The notes under the pieces: generated by a model
Databases searched by the model: none
What the model was told of the DNA's origin: nothing
What the model saw: the letters and a program-made list of their open reading frames with translations, nothing else
Assembly (NCBI RefSeq): GCF_004010195.1
Contig: NC_057719.1
Location: 13,237,277-13,284,078, forward strand
Direction of reading: 5' to 3'
From: Chiloscyllium plagiosum
Taxonomy: Eukaryota
DNA: 46,802 nucleotides
Shown here: positions 1 to 10,625 of the stretch, piece by piece
How positions within the stretch are numbered: the stretch's first letter is position 1
Layout of the letters: each line of letters starts with the position of its first letter
Translations under genes and position numbers: made by a program

Positions 1-485
1 ACAAACATTCTAATTACACAACAGAATATTGATGTAAATGTGGCACCATATGAAGACTTATTAAGTCCATTCATTTCACATTTCAGCATGTCGAGAAATT
101 TAACACAAGAAGGTATGAAATTTAATCAAAGGAGACACGGCTTCATTCATAATTAATGTCTACTGGCTGGCAGATGGGAGAACTGAAGGTGGGAAGAATT
201 CACAAACAGATCTTTGAGATTCTGATGCGGTTTTGTCAAGCTTTTGTCAAGCCAGAGATGACTTGATGCCAGAAAGAGCACTACAAACTAATCACTGCAA
301 ATTAATTACTGCAAACTAATCACTAGGCAAACCAAACTAAAAAAAACATGGTGTTTGCTTAAGGGGAACATAAGGTTCTATTGTTATGACGATGAGTCAC
401 AGCCGCAGAATATTCCAGGCATTTTTTAACTTTCAATTCTAAACTGTGTTTTTAAAAGAAGACTCCTTCAGAGAACTTAGGAAAA

Positions 486-858
486 CCAACCAGCTAGCTA
501 ACTTGCTCCTAACTGTGCTAACCGGCCTCCTAACTCAGCTAACAAACTCTCTGACTCAGCTTAATGACCGTCAAACTGAACTAACTGGTCTCCTAACTGA
601 ACTAACCAACTCTCTGAGCTAACTGACCCTCTAACTGAAGTGATTGATCTCCTAACTGAACTAACCAACTCTGTAATTGAGCTAACTAACCCTCTATCTG
701 AGCAAACTATTCTTTTAATTGAGCTGACTCTCTAGCTCAGCTAATAATGTCTCTAATTTTGCTCACTGACCCTCTAGTTGAGCTCACTGACCCTCTAACT
801 GAGCTAACTGACCTTTTAACTGAAATAACCTACCATCTAACTGAGATAACCGACCCCT
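486..858 (-). repeat. Degenerate ~21-bp tandem repeat (+ strand CTAACTGAGCTAACTGACCCT; - strand AGGGTCAGTTAGCTCAGTTAG)
   Basis: Roughly 17 imperfect copies visible, e.g. ctctaactgagctaactgacc near 793-813 and ctaactgagataaccgacccc near 837-857. Confidence 0.85.
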
Positions 859-869
859 ACCAGATGACA

Positions 870-993
870 CCACCACAAAGTTCCCACCTTCTCGATCTCA
901 CCCATATGGTGATCCTCAGGTGAAACCACCATCTCTCTCTAATGAGAGAGCAAACCTATGGTCCTCTGGTTCTATGATGACTTTGCTCTTTAC
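870..993 (+). mobile_element. Headless 3' body of a tRNA-derived SINE (MER131-like tail)
   Basis: ggtgatcctcaggtgaaaccacc...tctctctctaatgagagag...cctatggtcctctggttctatgatgactttgctcttt resembles a common shark SINE tail recalled from memory; family name tentative. Confidence 0.6.
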
Positions 994-999
994 TACAGA

Positions 1000-1490
1000 G
1001 GCAAAGTAATTGCTGGTCTAAATTTAGTGACTTCAAAACTTCTGTGCGGGACTGATGGGAATGTAACACCTCGAGGGGTCAAAGAACCTTCAAGTAGACT
1101 TGGGTTATGATCTCTTGTGACTACAAAGACAACAAGTCACCAATGACTCCTATACAGTAACAAGGAACTCCCAATTGCAGATATTTTGATCTTTTTCCCT
1201 CCTCGAAGAATACTAAAGGATTGTAGTTTAAACCCAGTCTCATCACAACTGGTGTGTACTAGTGGGATTGAATGTTCTCCTGAAGGTTGGTATTCCGTAA
1301 CAAGTAACTGACCTCCCGAGTGCCTGTCCACCATCTTTTAGACACACATTTGGAATGTGATGGAATTACCCTCTGTTGCCTGGATGGGTGCAGCTCCAAA
1401 AACACTCAAGAAGCTTGACACCCACAAAAGGAAAAGATATTGACACCAGATGCACAAACATTGACCCCTTCTACAACCATCGCTCAGTAA
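1000..1490 (+). mobile_element. Old CR1-group LINE RT C-terminal fragment (left part; resumes at 4681)
   Basis: 1310-1490 is clearly homologous to 4130-4310 (tgtccaccatct...gatggaat...gcctggatgggtgcagctcc...acactcaagaagcttgacacc; AWMGAAPKTLKKLDT). 1000-1310 is much more decayed and less certain. Confidence 0.7.
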
Positions 1491-4400
1491 GGAGGAGGCA
1501 GCGGCCTAGTAGTATTATCGCTAGACAATTAATCCAGAAACTCAGCTAAGGTTCTGGGGACCTGGGTTAGAATCCCACCACAACAGATGATGGAATTTGA
1601 ATTCTATATAAAATAATTTGGAATTATGAATCTATTGATGACCATGAAGCCATTGTCAAATGTCAAGGGAAAATCCTATCTGGCTTACTAATGTCCTTTT
1701 AGGAAAGAAACCTGTCATTCTTACCTTGGGCTACTTGTGACTCCAGACCCACAGCAATGTGATTGACTCTCAATTGCCCTCTGAAAAGGCCTAGCAAGCT
1801 ATTCAGTTTTACCAATAGTTACAAAGTCTCAAAGAAATGAAACCGGCTGGATCACCTGACATGGACCTAAGCACCCAGAAAAGGCAATGGCAGAAACAGC
1901 CCTGTCAATCCTGCAAAGTTCTCCTCACTAACATCTGGGGGCTATTGCCAAAACTGGGAGAGCTCAACATCAGCATTACCGACCGAGCTGATCAGGTCCT
2001 AAAGAATGTAACTGCTAAACTGGGCCTGCAGCAGGTGTGAGGGAACCAACAAGAAGGAAAAACATAGGTGAGCCCAGCCTGCCTGGCTGCAGATGTATCT
2101 GTCCATGACATTACCAGTAAGACTGACCACCACATAGTCCTTGTAGAGCCAAAGTTGGGGAGGTGATAGCCTAGTGGTACTATCACTGAGCTTATGATTC
2201 AGATAACAGGCTGAGGACTGGGCTTCAAACCCCATCATGGCAGGTGGTGGGATTTAAATTCAATGAATGGGAATGATGAGTTTAATGATGACCATGAGTC
2301 AATTGTCTGAAAAACCCACCTGATTCATTAATGTGCTTTAGGGAAGGAAACTGCCAAGCTTACCTGGTCTGGCCGACATGTGACTCCAGACTCACAGCAA
2401 TGAGTTTGACTTTTAACTGCCCTCCCGGCAATTAGGGATAGACAATAAATGCTGCCTAGTGATTGACGCCCTCATCCCATGAATGAGTAAAGACAGAAAA
2501 AGTGCCATCTTCACATTGGGAATAACCTCCATTGTGTTGTGTGGCAGTATCACTGTGCTAAATGGGACATACTTCTAATGGGATCCAGCAACTCAAGAAT
2601 GGGCCTCCTGGAGGTGTTGTGGGCTATCAACAGCAACAGAATCATACTCCAGCACAATCTGTAACCTCATGTCTCAGTTTATCCCCCACTCAACCATTAC
2701 CACCAAGCCAGGGGATCAGCCCTGGTTCAATGGAGAGTGCGGGATGGAATACCAGGAGCAGCACCAGGCATACCTGAAGATGGGGGATCAACCTGGTGAA
2801 TCCACAAGCACAGCTACTTGCATGTCAAACAGCATAAGCAGCAAGTGAGAGAAAGAGCTAAACGATCCCAGAACCAACCAAACAGATTTAAGCTCTGCAG
2901 TCCTTCCACATCCAGTTGTGAATGGTGGTGGGGAGTTAAACAACTCACTGGAGGAAAAAGCTCCACAAATATCCCCATTGTTAATGATGGTAGAGCCCAG
3001 CACTTCAATGCAAAAGAAAAGGCTGATTCGCAATAATCTTCAGGCAGAAGTGCCAAGTGTCTCAACTATCTTGGCCTCCTCCAGTGGTCCCAATCATTAC
3101 AGTTTTCAGCCAATTCATTCACTCCATCTTACATCAAGAAATGGTTGGAGACACTGGATACTGCAAAGGCTATGGCCCTGACAATATTCTGGCAACAGGA
3201 CTGAAGACTTGTTCTCCAGAATGTTCCACTCCCCGAGCCAAGCTATTCCAGTACAGTTACAACACTGGCATCTACCCGACAATGTGGAAAGTTGTCCAAG
3301 TATGTCCTGTACATGAAAAGCAGGACAAATCCAACCCAGCCAATTACTGTTCCATCAATCTCCTCTCAATCATCAGTAAAGTGTTGGAAGGTGTCAACAA
3401 CAATGTTATCAAGCAGCAATAATCTGCTCGGTGACACCCAGGTTAGGTTCCACCAGGGCCACTCAGCTCCTGACCTCATTACAGCCTTGGTTCAAGCCTG
3501 GACAAAAGAGCTGAATTCCTGAGGTGAGGTGAGAGTGACAGCCCCTGACATCAAGGCTGCATTCAACCAGGTGTGGCATCAAGGAATCTTCACAAAACTG
3601 GAATCAATGGGTATTGGGTGCAAACCTCTGGTGATTGGAATCATATGTGGCACAAAGGAAGATGGTCATGATTGCTGGAGGTCAGTCATCTCCAGTCCAG
3701 GACATCTCTGTCAGAGTTTCTCAGGATAATGTCTTAGGCCGACCCATTTTCAGCTGCTTCATCAATGACCTTCCCTCCATCATATAAGGTTAAAGGTGGG
3801 GATTTTCACCAATGATTGCACAATGTTCAACATGATTCACAACTCCTCAGATATGAAGCAGTCCATGTTCAAACACAACAAGATCTGGACAATATCCAGG
3901 CGTGGGGGCAAGCAACATTCGCACCACACAAATGCCAGACTATGACCATCACCAATAAGAGACAATCTAACGACCACTTCTTGACATTCAATGCCACCAC
4001 TGAATCCCCCACCATCAACATCTTGTAGGTTATCATTGACCAGAAACTCAACTTGACTTACCACATAAACACAATGGCTACAAGAGCAGGTCAGAGGCTA
4101 AGAATACTATAGCAAGTGACTCACTTCTTGACTCTCCAAAGCTTGTCCACCATCTGTACGGCACAAGTCAGGAGTACGATGGAATACCGCCCATTTGCCT
4201 GGAAGGGGGCAGCTCCTATAACACTCAAGAAGCTTGACACCATCCAGGAAAAAGCTTGATTGACAGCACGTCCACAAGCACATCTTCTCCCTCCATCGCA
4301 GAAGCGCAGTAGCAGCAGTGTGCACTGTCTACAAGATGCACTGCAGAAATTCACCAAAGATCCTCAGACAGCGCCTAATAAAAACCCTCACCACTTCCAC

Positions 4401-4680
4401 CTAGAAGGACAAGGGCAGCAGATACATGGGAACACCACCACCTTCAAGTTCCCCTTCAAGCCACACGCCATCCTGAGTTGGAACCGTATCTTCATTCCTT
4501 CACTGTTGCTGGGTCAAAATCCTGGAATTCCCTTCCTAAGGGCATTTTGGGTCAACCCACAGCGGGTGAACTGCAGCGCTTCAAGAAGGCAATCCATTAT
4601 CACCTTCTCAAGGACAACTAGGGACAGGCAATAAAGGTTGGCCCATCCAGGGATGCCCACATCCCACAAATGAATAAAAA
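1491..4680 (+). mobile_element. ORF1-less CR1-group (Zenon-like) LINE with tRNA-like 5' head; ORF2 (APE endonuclease + RT) decayed and internally deleted
   Basis: A-box-like cggcctagtag 1502-1512 and B-box-like ggttagaatcc 1565-1575; APE start LTNIWGLLPKLGEL (~1925); RT motifs GPDNILA..LKTC, WKVVQVCPVHEKQDKSNPANYCSINLLSIISK, DIKAAFNQVWHQG, QQDLDNIQAW; 3' end cccacatcccacaaatgaataaaaa. Many stops and frameshifts. Confidence 0.9.
2156..2498 (+). mobile_element. Bipartite tRNA-headed SINE nested in its partner LINE
   Basis: 2156-2425 is homologous to 1491-1782 and 2426-2498 to the LINE tail 4612-4680; short aaagt duplication at 2151-2155 and 2499-2503. Confidence 0.88.
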
Positions 4681-4790
4681 GAGAAGAAATACACAACAGA
4701 AATTCATGATAGATTCTTGGATGACACCTTCCAAACCTATAGCCATTACCATCGAGAAGATGAAAGGTGGCAGTGGCTATGGAATTTGGG
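4681..4790 (+). mobile_element. Right part of the old LINE copy interrupted at 1490
   Basis: cagaaattcatgatagattctt...caccttccaaacc...ccatcgagaag is homologous to 4344-4430 and continues the colinear sequence broken at 1490. Confidence 0.65.
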
Positions 4791-5091
4791 AAAGTTTTTA
4801 CTGTAATTAGCACATATAAATGAGCTTATGAGTCAGTACACTAAGGACACCAACAGCATTGGAATACCAACCAGCAAAAAACATTTGCCAAACTCAAGCA
4901 ATGATTGATCTCATCAGGATTGCTGGAACATTATGATCTACTTACTTTAGTAGCAGCTGAAGCATCTTCAACAGGATTGTGGTTGGGGGAGTGGGGGGGG
5001 CAGTTCTCTTTCAGGTGGAGAAAATTTGCTGTTTCTGCATCACTTACTGAGATGGGGTAATGTTGTGCCACAGTTGAGAAAGAATTATGAT

Positions 5092-5399
5092 TTTTTTTTT
5101 AGATTACATTACAGTATGGAAACAGGCCCTTCGGTCCACACCGACCCGCCGAAGCGCAACCCACCCATACCCCTACATTTACCCCTATACCTAACACTAC
5201 GGGCAATTTTAGCATGGCCAATTCACCTGACCTGCACATCTTTGGACTGTGGGAGGAAACCGGAGCACCCGGAGGAAACTCACGCAGACACGGGGAGAAC
5301 GTGCAAACTCCACACAGTCAGTCGCCTGAGTTGGGAATTGAACCCGGGTCTCTGGCACTGCGAGGCAGCAGTGCTAACCACTGTGCCACCGTGCCACCC
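5092..5399 (-). mobile_element. HE1 SINE (V-SINE), full length
   Basis: Minus strand: tRNA head GGTGGCACAGTGGTTAGCACTGCTGCCTC...GGTTCAATTCC, V-domain TTTCCTCCGGGTGCTCCGGTTTCCTCCCACAGTCCAAAGATGTGCAGG, HER1-type tail GAAGGGCCTGTTTCC. Confidence 0.93.
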
Positions 5400-5402
5400 A
5401 CG

Positions 5403-5955
5403 TTTTGATTTATTGTTAGCACATGTACTTAGGGACAGCGAAAAAGTTTGATTTGCATATGCTGGACAGGCAGGTCATAGCACACAGAATGCATTAGGGG
5501 CAATAGAACAGAGTGAGCAGTACAATGTAATGGCTGCAGTAAAGGTGCATAAAGAGGGAGCTCAAAATTAAATTTAAAATTTGAGAAATCCATTCAGAAG
5601 TCTAATAACAACGGGGAAGAAGCTGATCTTGAATCTGTTAGTACGTGTGTTTAAGCTTTTGTATCTTCTGCCTGATGGAAGAGGTTGAAAGAGATTATAA
5701 CTGGGGTGGGAGAGGTCTTTGATGAGGTTGACCAACTTTTCCGAAGCTACGAGGAGTGTGGATGGAGTCATTGGATAGCGGGTTGCCTTGAGTGAAGGAA
5801 TTGAGTTGTGTTCACAACTCTCTTGCTATATCAAGCCACGATGCATCTGGATAGAATGCTTTCTATGTTGCATCTGTAAAGGTTGGTGAGGGTCCTTATG
5901 GGCTTGTTGAATTTCCTTAGCCTCCTGAGGAAGTAGAGGCATTGTTGTGTTTTAA
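5403..5955 (-). mobile_element. Rex1/Babar LINE 3' end
   Basis: ORF 5574-5771(-) IKDLSHPSYNLFQPLPSGRRYKSLNTRTNRFKISFFPVVIRLLN is the typical Rex1/Babar RT C-terminus; homologous to 8020-8420. Confidence 0.88.
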
Positions 5956-6092
5956 CAATCACATGAACGTGTAAAGATTGTTTTTAGATCATATTTTAAG
6001 ATAGAACTAACCACAAACCATTGATCACCCTTCAGAATATAAAAGAAATAACTAAGTTGCCACCAAGAATTCAGTGAATTAGGCTGCGGCTA

Positions 6093-6311
6093 ATTAGAGT
6101 GGTGCTGGAAAAGCACAGCAGGTCAGGCAGCATCCGAGGAGCAGGAAAATCGACGTTTTGGGCAGGAGCCCTTCATCAGGAATCCTGATGAAGGGCTCCT
6201 GCCTGAAACATAGATTCTCCTGCTCCTTGGATGCTGCCTGACCTGCTGTGCATTTCCAACACCACTCTAATCTTGAGTCTAATCTCCAGCATCTGCAGTC
6301 CTCACTTTCGC
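6093..6311. mobile_element. Fold-back Penelope terminal-repeat insertion (family A)
   Basis: Inverted arms 6093-6180 and 6184-6271 around loop aat; hammerhead motif in each arm; 15-bp TSD ctg(c/a)ggctaattaga at 6084-6098 and 6312-6326. Confidence 0.88.
6181..6214 (+). ncRNA. Minimal hammerhead ribozyme motif (Penelope-associated), slightly decayed
   Basis: CTGATGA-A-GGGC-TCCT-GCCT-GAAAC-ATA; a mirror copy on the - strand at 6151-6180 has GAAA changed to AAAA. Confidence 0.65.
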
Positions 6312-6884
6312 CTGAGGCTAATTAGATATGATTCAACAACTGAATACGTACAAGAGTAGTACCAAATAAAAGCAGACACGCTGATCAGGAAAGCAGCAAC
6401 ACAAAAGAAATCCCTAAACCTTGACCAGCTAAAGAAAAGAAACTGCAAGGAATTTGAGAGGCACGAGAACATGATGAAGAACACGTCCAGATAAATAAAT
6501 GCTGTGTGTAAGGTTGACTGAACTATGCACTTAATAATTCCATATTGCTGCAGTAATTCAAACAGCGCAGAGGTCTCACAGTTATCAATGAATTGTTAGT
6601 CTTCAATGACAGAGTAGTAACATTAAAAGCTCTTAGGCTTGAAATTCCTAAGAGAATTAATCAGAGTTATTTCGGCATTACAAAGCATGTTCATGAGCAC
6701 AACAATCAGTGTAGAATTGAATGAATTATTATCACGCGTATCTGAGAGAAAATACAGTAAGAAGCTTCGACTATCCCCACGCTCTAGCATCATTTTGAAC
6801 AACCCCAAAAAAAGCTGGAACGGAAAGAGTCTATCTTTGCCCTCATGCGCCTCTCTGTCACTGCTGCAACCGCAATACAAACAT

Positions 6885-7860
6885 GATGAGTAATTACATT
6901 TTGTGAATGTAAACAGCAAGAGGAGAAAGAACTAGCATTAACATCAACTTCTCCATCAAGACCATAGGACTCATGATGGGAAGGTGCTGGTGTTTTAACT
7001 GGACTGGACAAAGTCAGGAGTCTCATGACATCAGGATATAGTCCAACAGGTTAATTGAAAATCACAAGCTTTCAGAGTGCTGCTCCTTCATCAGGTGAGC
7101 TTTGCAAGCTTGTGATATTTACATAAACCTGTTGGACTATACTCTGGTGTTGTGAGACTTCTGTCTTTGACCATAGGAGTGTTTAGGAATGGATTTATTT
7201 GAGTTTAAAGGCAGACTCTTTGTTGTCCTCATAACCAATGACTCAAGGTGGGTTGAGGTAAGTGATCCATGAAGAATTGCAACAGATGATTTGATCAAAT
7301 CCCTGAAGAAAATGTTCTCAGTGTACGGTGTTCCAGGCATTGCAGCCTCAAACAGCGGAGCACAGTTTTCAAATGAGCATGTTTATAGATTTGCACATAA
7401 ATATGATTTAATTCATCTCACAACTTCACCACCCTATTCTCAGCCACATGGAGAAGCTGAATGAGGAGTTTGTATTATCAAACCATTATTAATAAGAAAT
7501 GAGAATTTATATCTTGCAGGATTAAGCTCCAGATCATCATCACAATTCTCACAGGGCTTTGAAAGAATGTGTTCATATACAGAGTTCTCAATAAAAGGCC
7601 CTTACAGGAAGTACCAGAGACTCAAGAAGCAGTTCTTTTGGAGTCTAAATAGATCCTACATATGTGACAAGATACTACCCAATTCTACTTCATCACCACC
7701 ACTCTCAGCTCACTTACTGTCGATAACTTATCAAAGGGCTTACTCACCATCCAGTGCTAGGTGAGCACAAAATTCCTCTAATTAAATACTGGAAAGAATG
7801 AAGCGATTGGCTCTGGACCTCACTATAAACTCTGTTAAGTAGCTACTGACTCATTCCTGT
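6885..7860 (+). mobile_element. Decayed Ty3/Gypsy integrase fragment, interrupted by a Penelope insert
   Basis: Manual translation from 7171: P*ECLGMDLFEFKG...SRWVEV...LKKMFSVYGVPGIAASNSGAQFSNE...FAHKYDLIHLTTSPPYSQPHGEAE*GVCIIKPLL, matching the rve core (SDNGPQF, TSSPxYPQSNGxAER). Right boundary beyond ~7540 uncertain. Confidence 0.8.
6970..7168. mobile_element. Fold-back Penelope terminal insertion (family B)
   Basis: Inverted arms (atagtccaacagg...cacaagct / agcttgtg...cctgttggactat); decayed hammerhead on - strand 7063-7097; 10-bp TSD gaccatagga 6960-6969 and 7169-7178. Confidence 0.85.
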
Positions 7861-8019
7861 CCATGGTAATATTCTGATCCTCAACCAGCCAATTCACAAC
7901 GTTGGTGCAGGCAGATCATTGTAAGCAAGGATGGACAGAACAAAAGATTTAGATGGAGGCATGCAAGGTAACATTACTCAGGGCGTTCAAGAGAGACCAA
8001 TATTAGCAAGATCAGCATT

Positions 8020-8990
8020 ATTTGAGGTTAGAGAACCCATTCAACAGTCTAATAACGGTTGGGAAGAAGCTGTTCCTGAACCTGCGCGTGTTCAGGCATC
8101 TGTATCTCCTGCCTGACAGAAGAGATTGTCAGAGATTATTACCAGGGTGCGAAGGGTCTTTGATGATCCTGGTAGCCCTTCTGTGGCAGCAAGCTGCGTA
8201 AATGGAGTCCATGGATGGAAGGTTGGCTCCCATGAGAACCAGGGCTGTGCACACCACCCTCTGTAGTTTCTTACGGTCAGAGCAGTTGCCATATTGGGCC
8301 GTTATGCACCAGGACAGAACGCTTTCAGTGGTGCATCTGTAGAAATTGGTGCAGGTCCTTATGGACATGCTGAATTTCCTGAGCCACCTGAGGAAGAAGA
8401 GGCATTGTGGTGCCTTCTTGACCATTGCTACTTTGTGGGAGGTCCAGCACAGTTTGTCAGTTATCATCACTCTGAGGCTCTTGACAGTCTCCACCTTCTT
8501 GACCTCATTTCTGTTAATGTAGATGGCAGCGTATTCTCTTCCTTTCTTATTAAAGTGAATGATCAGTTCTTCACTTTTGCTGACATTGAGAGAGACGTTG
8601 TTCTCATTGCACCATGTCACAAACCCACTATCTCTCTTTTGTATTTTGACTTGTTGTTATTAGATATCCATCCTACCAAGTTGGTGTCATCAGTGAACTT
8701 GTGGACAGCCTTTGTTTGGAATGCGGCAACACACTTGTGGGTGCACAGGGAGTACAGTAGGGGGCTCAGAATGCATCCTTTGGGGGCTCCTATGTTGAGT
8801 GTTATTGTGGAGGAGGTGCAGTTGCCTATCTTCACTGATTGCAGTTCAGAAGCTGAGGGCCCAGTAGCTGAGGGCAGAGTGGAGACCAAGGCCATGGAAT
8901 TTTGAGGTCATTCTGGAGGAGATGATGATGTTGAAGGCAGAGCTTTAGTCATGAACAGGAGTCTGATGTAAGTATCCTTGTTGTCCAGAT
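8020..8990 (-). mobile_element. Rex1/Babar LINE RT fragment
   Basis: ORFs 8617-8895 and 8129-8620(-): GAPKGCILSPLLYSLCTH, KFTDDT, WCNENNVSLNVSKSEELII, KAPQCLFFLRWLRKF, IIKDPSHPG. Confidence 0.92.
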
Positions 8991-8991
8991 T

Positions 8992-9312
8992 GGCTCCTTG
9001 TTAAGAAAAACTTTGATTATAAAACCTCATCTTTATTCAATCCCTCTCTGTCTCTACAATCTCCTGCAAATCCACAACCCTCTGAGATGCAAATTTACTC
9101 CTTCGATCCTTAATTTGATCGTTCCATTATTGCTCATTGTGTCTTTAGATACTGAAGGCCCAAGGTCTGGAATTCCCACCCTAACCCCCTCTGCCTCACT
9201 TTCCTCCTTTAAGACACTCTTTAAAATCAAGCTTTGATCAAGATCTTACTTTTCTGAGAAGCACATTAAGCATTTTATTGTATTAAAAATGTAATATATG
9301 TACAAGCTGTTG
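8992..9312 (+). mobile_element. L2 LINE 3' end, decayed
   Basis: GPRSG(I)P / LSSFKTLFK-type L2 C-terminal motif (ggcccaaggtctggaattccc...cctcctttaagacactctttaaaa) and an L2-like tail ending acaagctgttg. Confidence 0.7.
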
Positions 9313-9725
9313 TCTTGCATATTTCCCTTTGGAGAATAGTGTGGAGTGTCACAAGGGTAGTACGACTGAATAACAATCTGTTGAACGACATAACGAGTGC
9401 TACATTAATAGCCACCAAGTCTGTGATGATGAATCCTGCTTTTTGTAAGCATCCTTTGTGTTGCAGAAGCCAGCATTCTGTGAGAACATAACATTCAGTT
9501 CCAAGGATTCTATGCTGTTTTTAACTCTATGCTGGGAAGGTAAGTTAACTATATAGGTTCACGTTAGGGAACTCCACAAAAATTCCCAAGAGCGGTTAGA
9601 CATTTCTGTGCTGTGGAACACAGGAAGAAGTTATAGCAGTTGGTAGATAGCTACATATTGGAGTCAGGTCTCTGGAAAAGTACTGGGCGATGTGGCGGCT
9701 CAGAAGGAACAATGCACCACAAATA

Positions 9726-9820
9726 GTTGAGAATGTGGAGCTGGTAAAGCACAGCAGAGCAGGCAGTATGCGAGGAGCAGGAGAATCAATGTTTTAGGCA
9801 TAAGTCTTTCATCAGGAATG
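9726..9820 (-). mobile_element. Penelope family A terminal fragment with decayed hammerhead
   Basis: Homologous to 6099-6183 (aaagcacagca...gaggagcaggagaatcaatgttttaggcataagtctttcatcaggaat). Confidence 0.8.
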
Positions 9821-10264
9821 AGCCGCTAATAGTCAGGTACAGTTGAGAGTGGGGATTGAGGAACTCACAAGCAGTATTTTCTTGATCCAATGCGTGTTCT
9901 AGCCTGGTGAAGATACCTGTCGATGAAGAGTTGCAATTAGACATGTGAATACGTACTAGAGTGTAGTTTTGGAGTGTAGACCCTGAACAGGATTAGAAAG
10001 GGAATGGTTGCTGTGTGTGTCTTTGACAGGATGGCTTTTGACAGTGGGTATCGAAGTCAGATCATCAAAGTGAATAATTGTAATCACTTATGAGATTGAA
10101 TGAGATTTGATGACCCACTATTCCATTAATGTCTGGAGGAAGTTGCTAAGAAATCCCATTTGATCTGCTATTTAATGCACCATGGGGAGTTCAAGCACTG
10201 TCTATTACCTATATCTACCACATGTTAATTCTAGTTATTCAAAAAAGTCACACATGCATTTTAA

Positions 10265-10625
10265 CATGGGAAGAGGAGCAGGCTACTCAGCTCATTGAGC
10301 CTGCATCATCATTCATTAGATCATCGTTGGTAATCTACCTCAATGGCATTTTCCCACATTATCACTGCATTCCTTCATTTCATAAGTTTCCAAAATCTAT
10401 TGATTACTGGCTTAAACCTCAATGAATGCACTTCCATAGCTGTCCAGAATTAACAAATTCCAAATACTCACCATCCATTGAGTGAAGAAATTCCTCCTCA
10501 TCTCCATCTTAAGTGATCAATCCTGTATCCTGAGATTATGACCCTTAGTTTTTGACTCACCAGCCAGGGAAGCTATCTTATCTACAGCTGCTCTCTCAGG
10601 CCTTGTACGAATTTTGAAAGTTCAC
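10265..10625 (-). mobile_element. CR1 LINE 3' end, decayed
   Basis: Reverse complement of the CR1 3' region seen at 31860-32320 (gtgaagaaattcctcctcatctc = antisense of EMRRNFFTQ). Confidence 0.8.

Noticed and set aside
230..340. Short 11-14 bp local duplications (ttttgtcaagc; caaactaatcactg)
   Set aside because: Ordinary slippage duplications of 2-3 copies.
5325..5399. tRNA gene-like A/B boxes
   Set aside because: SINE heads continuing into V-domain bodies; no complete cloverleaf.
5026..5451. ORFs overlapping HE1 SINEs (also 16.9-17.1, 22.9, 28.7, 35.1, 36.5 kb)
   Set aside because: Recurrent translations of SINE sequence.
8294..8905. 203-aa + strand ORF
   Set aside because: Antisense shadow of the Rex1/Babar RT.
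9820..10250. Possible ancient LINE remnant on the minus strand
   Set aside because: Too decayed to support a call by eye.
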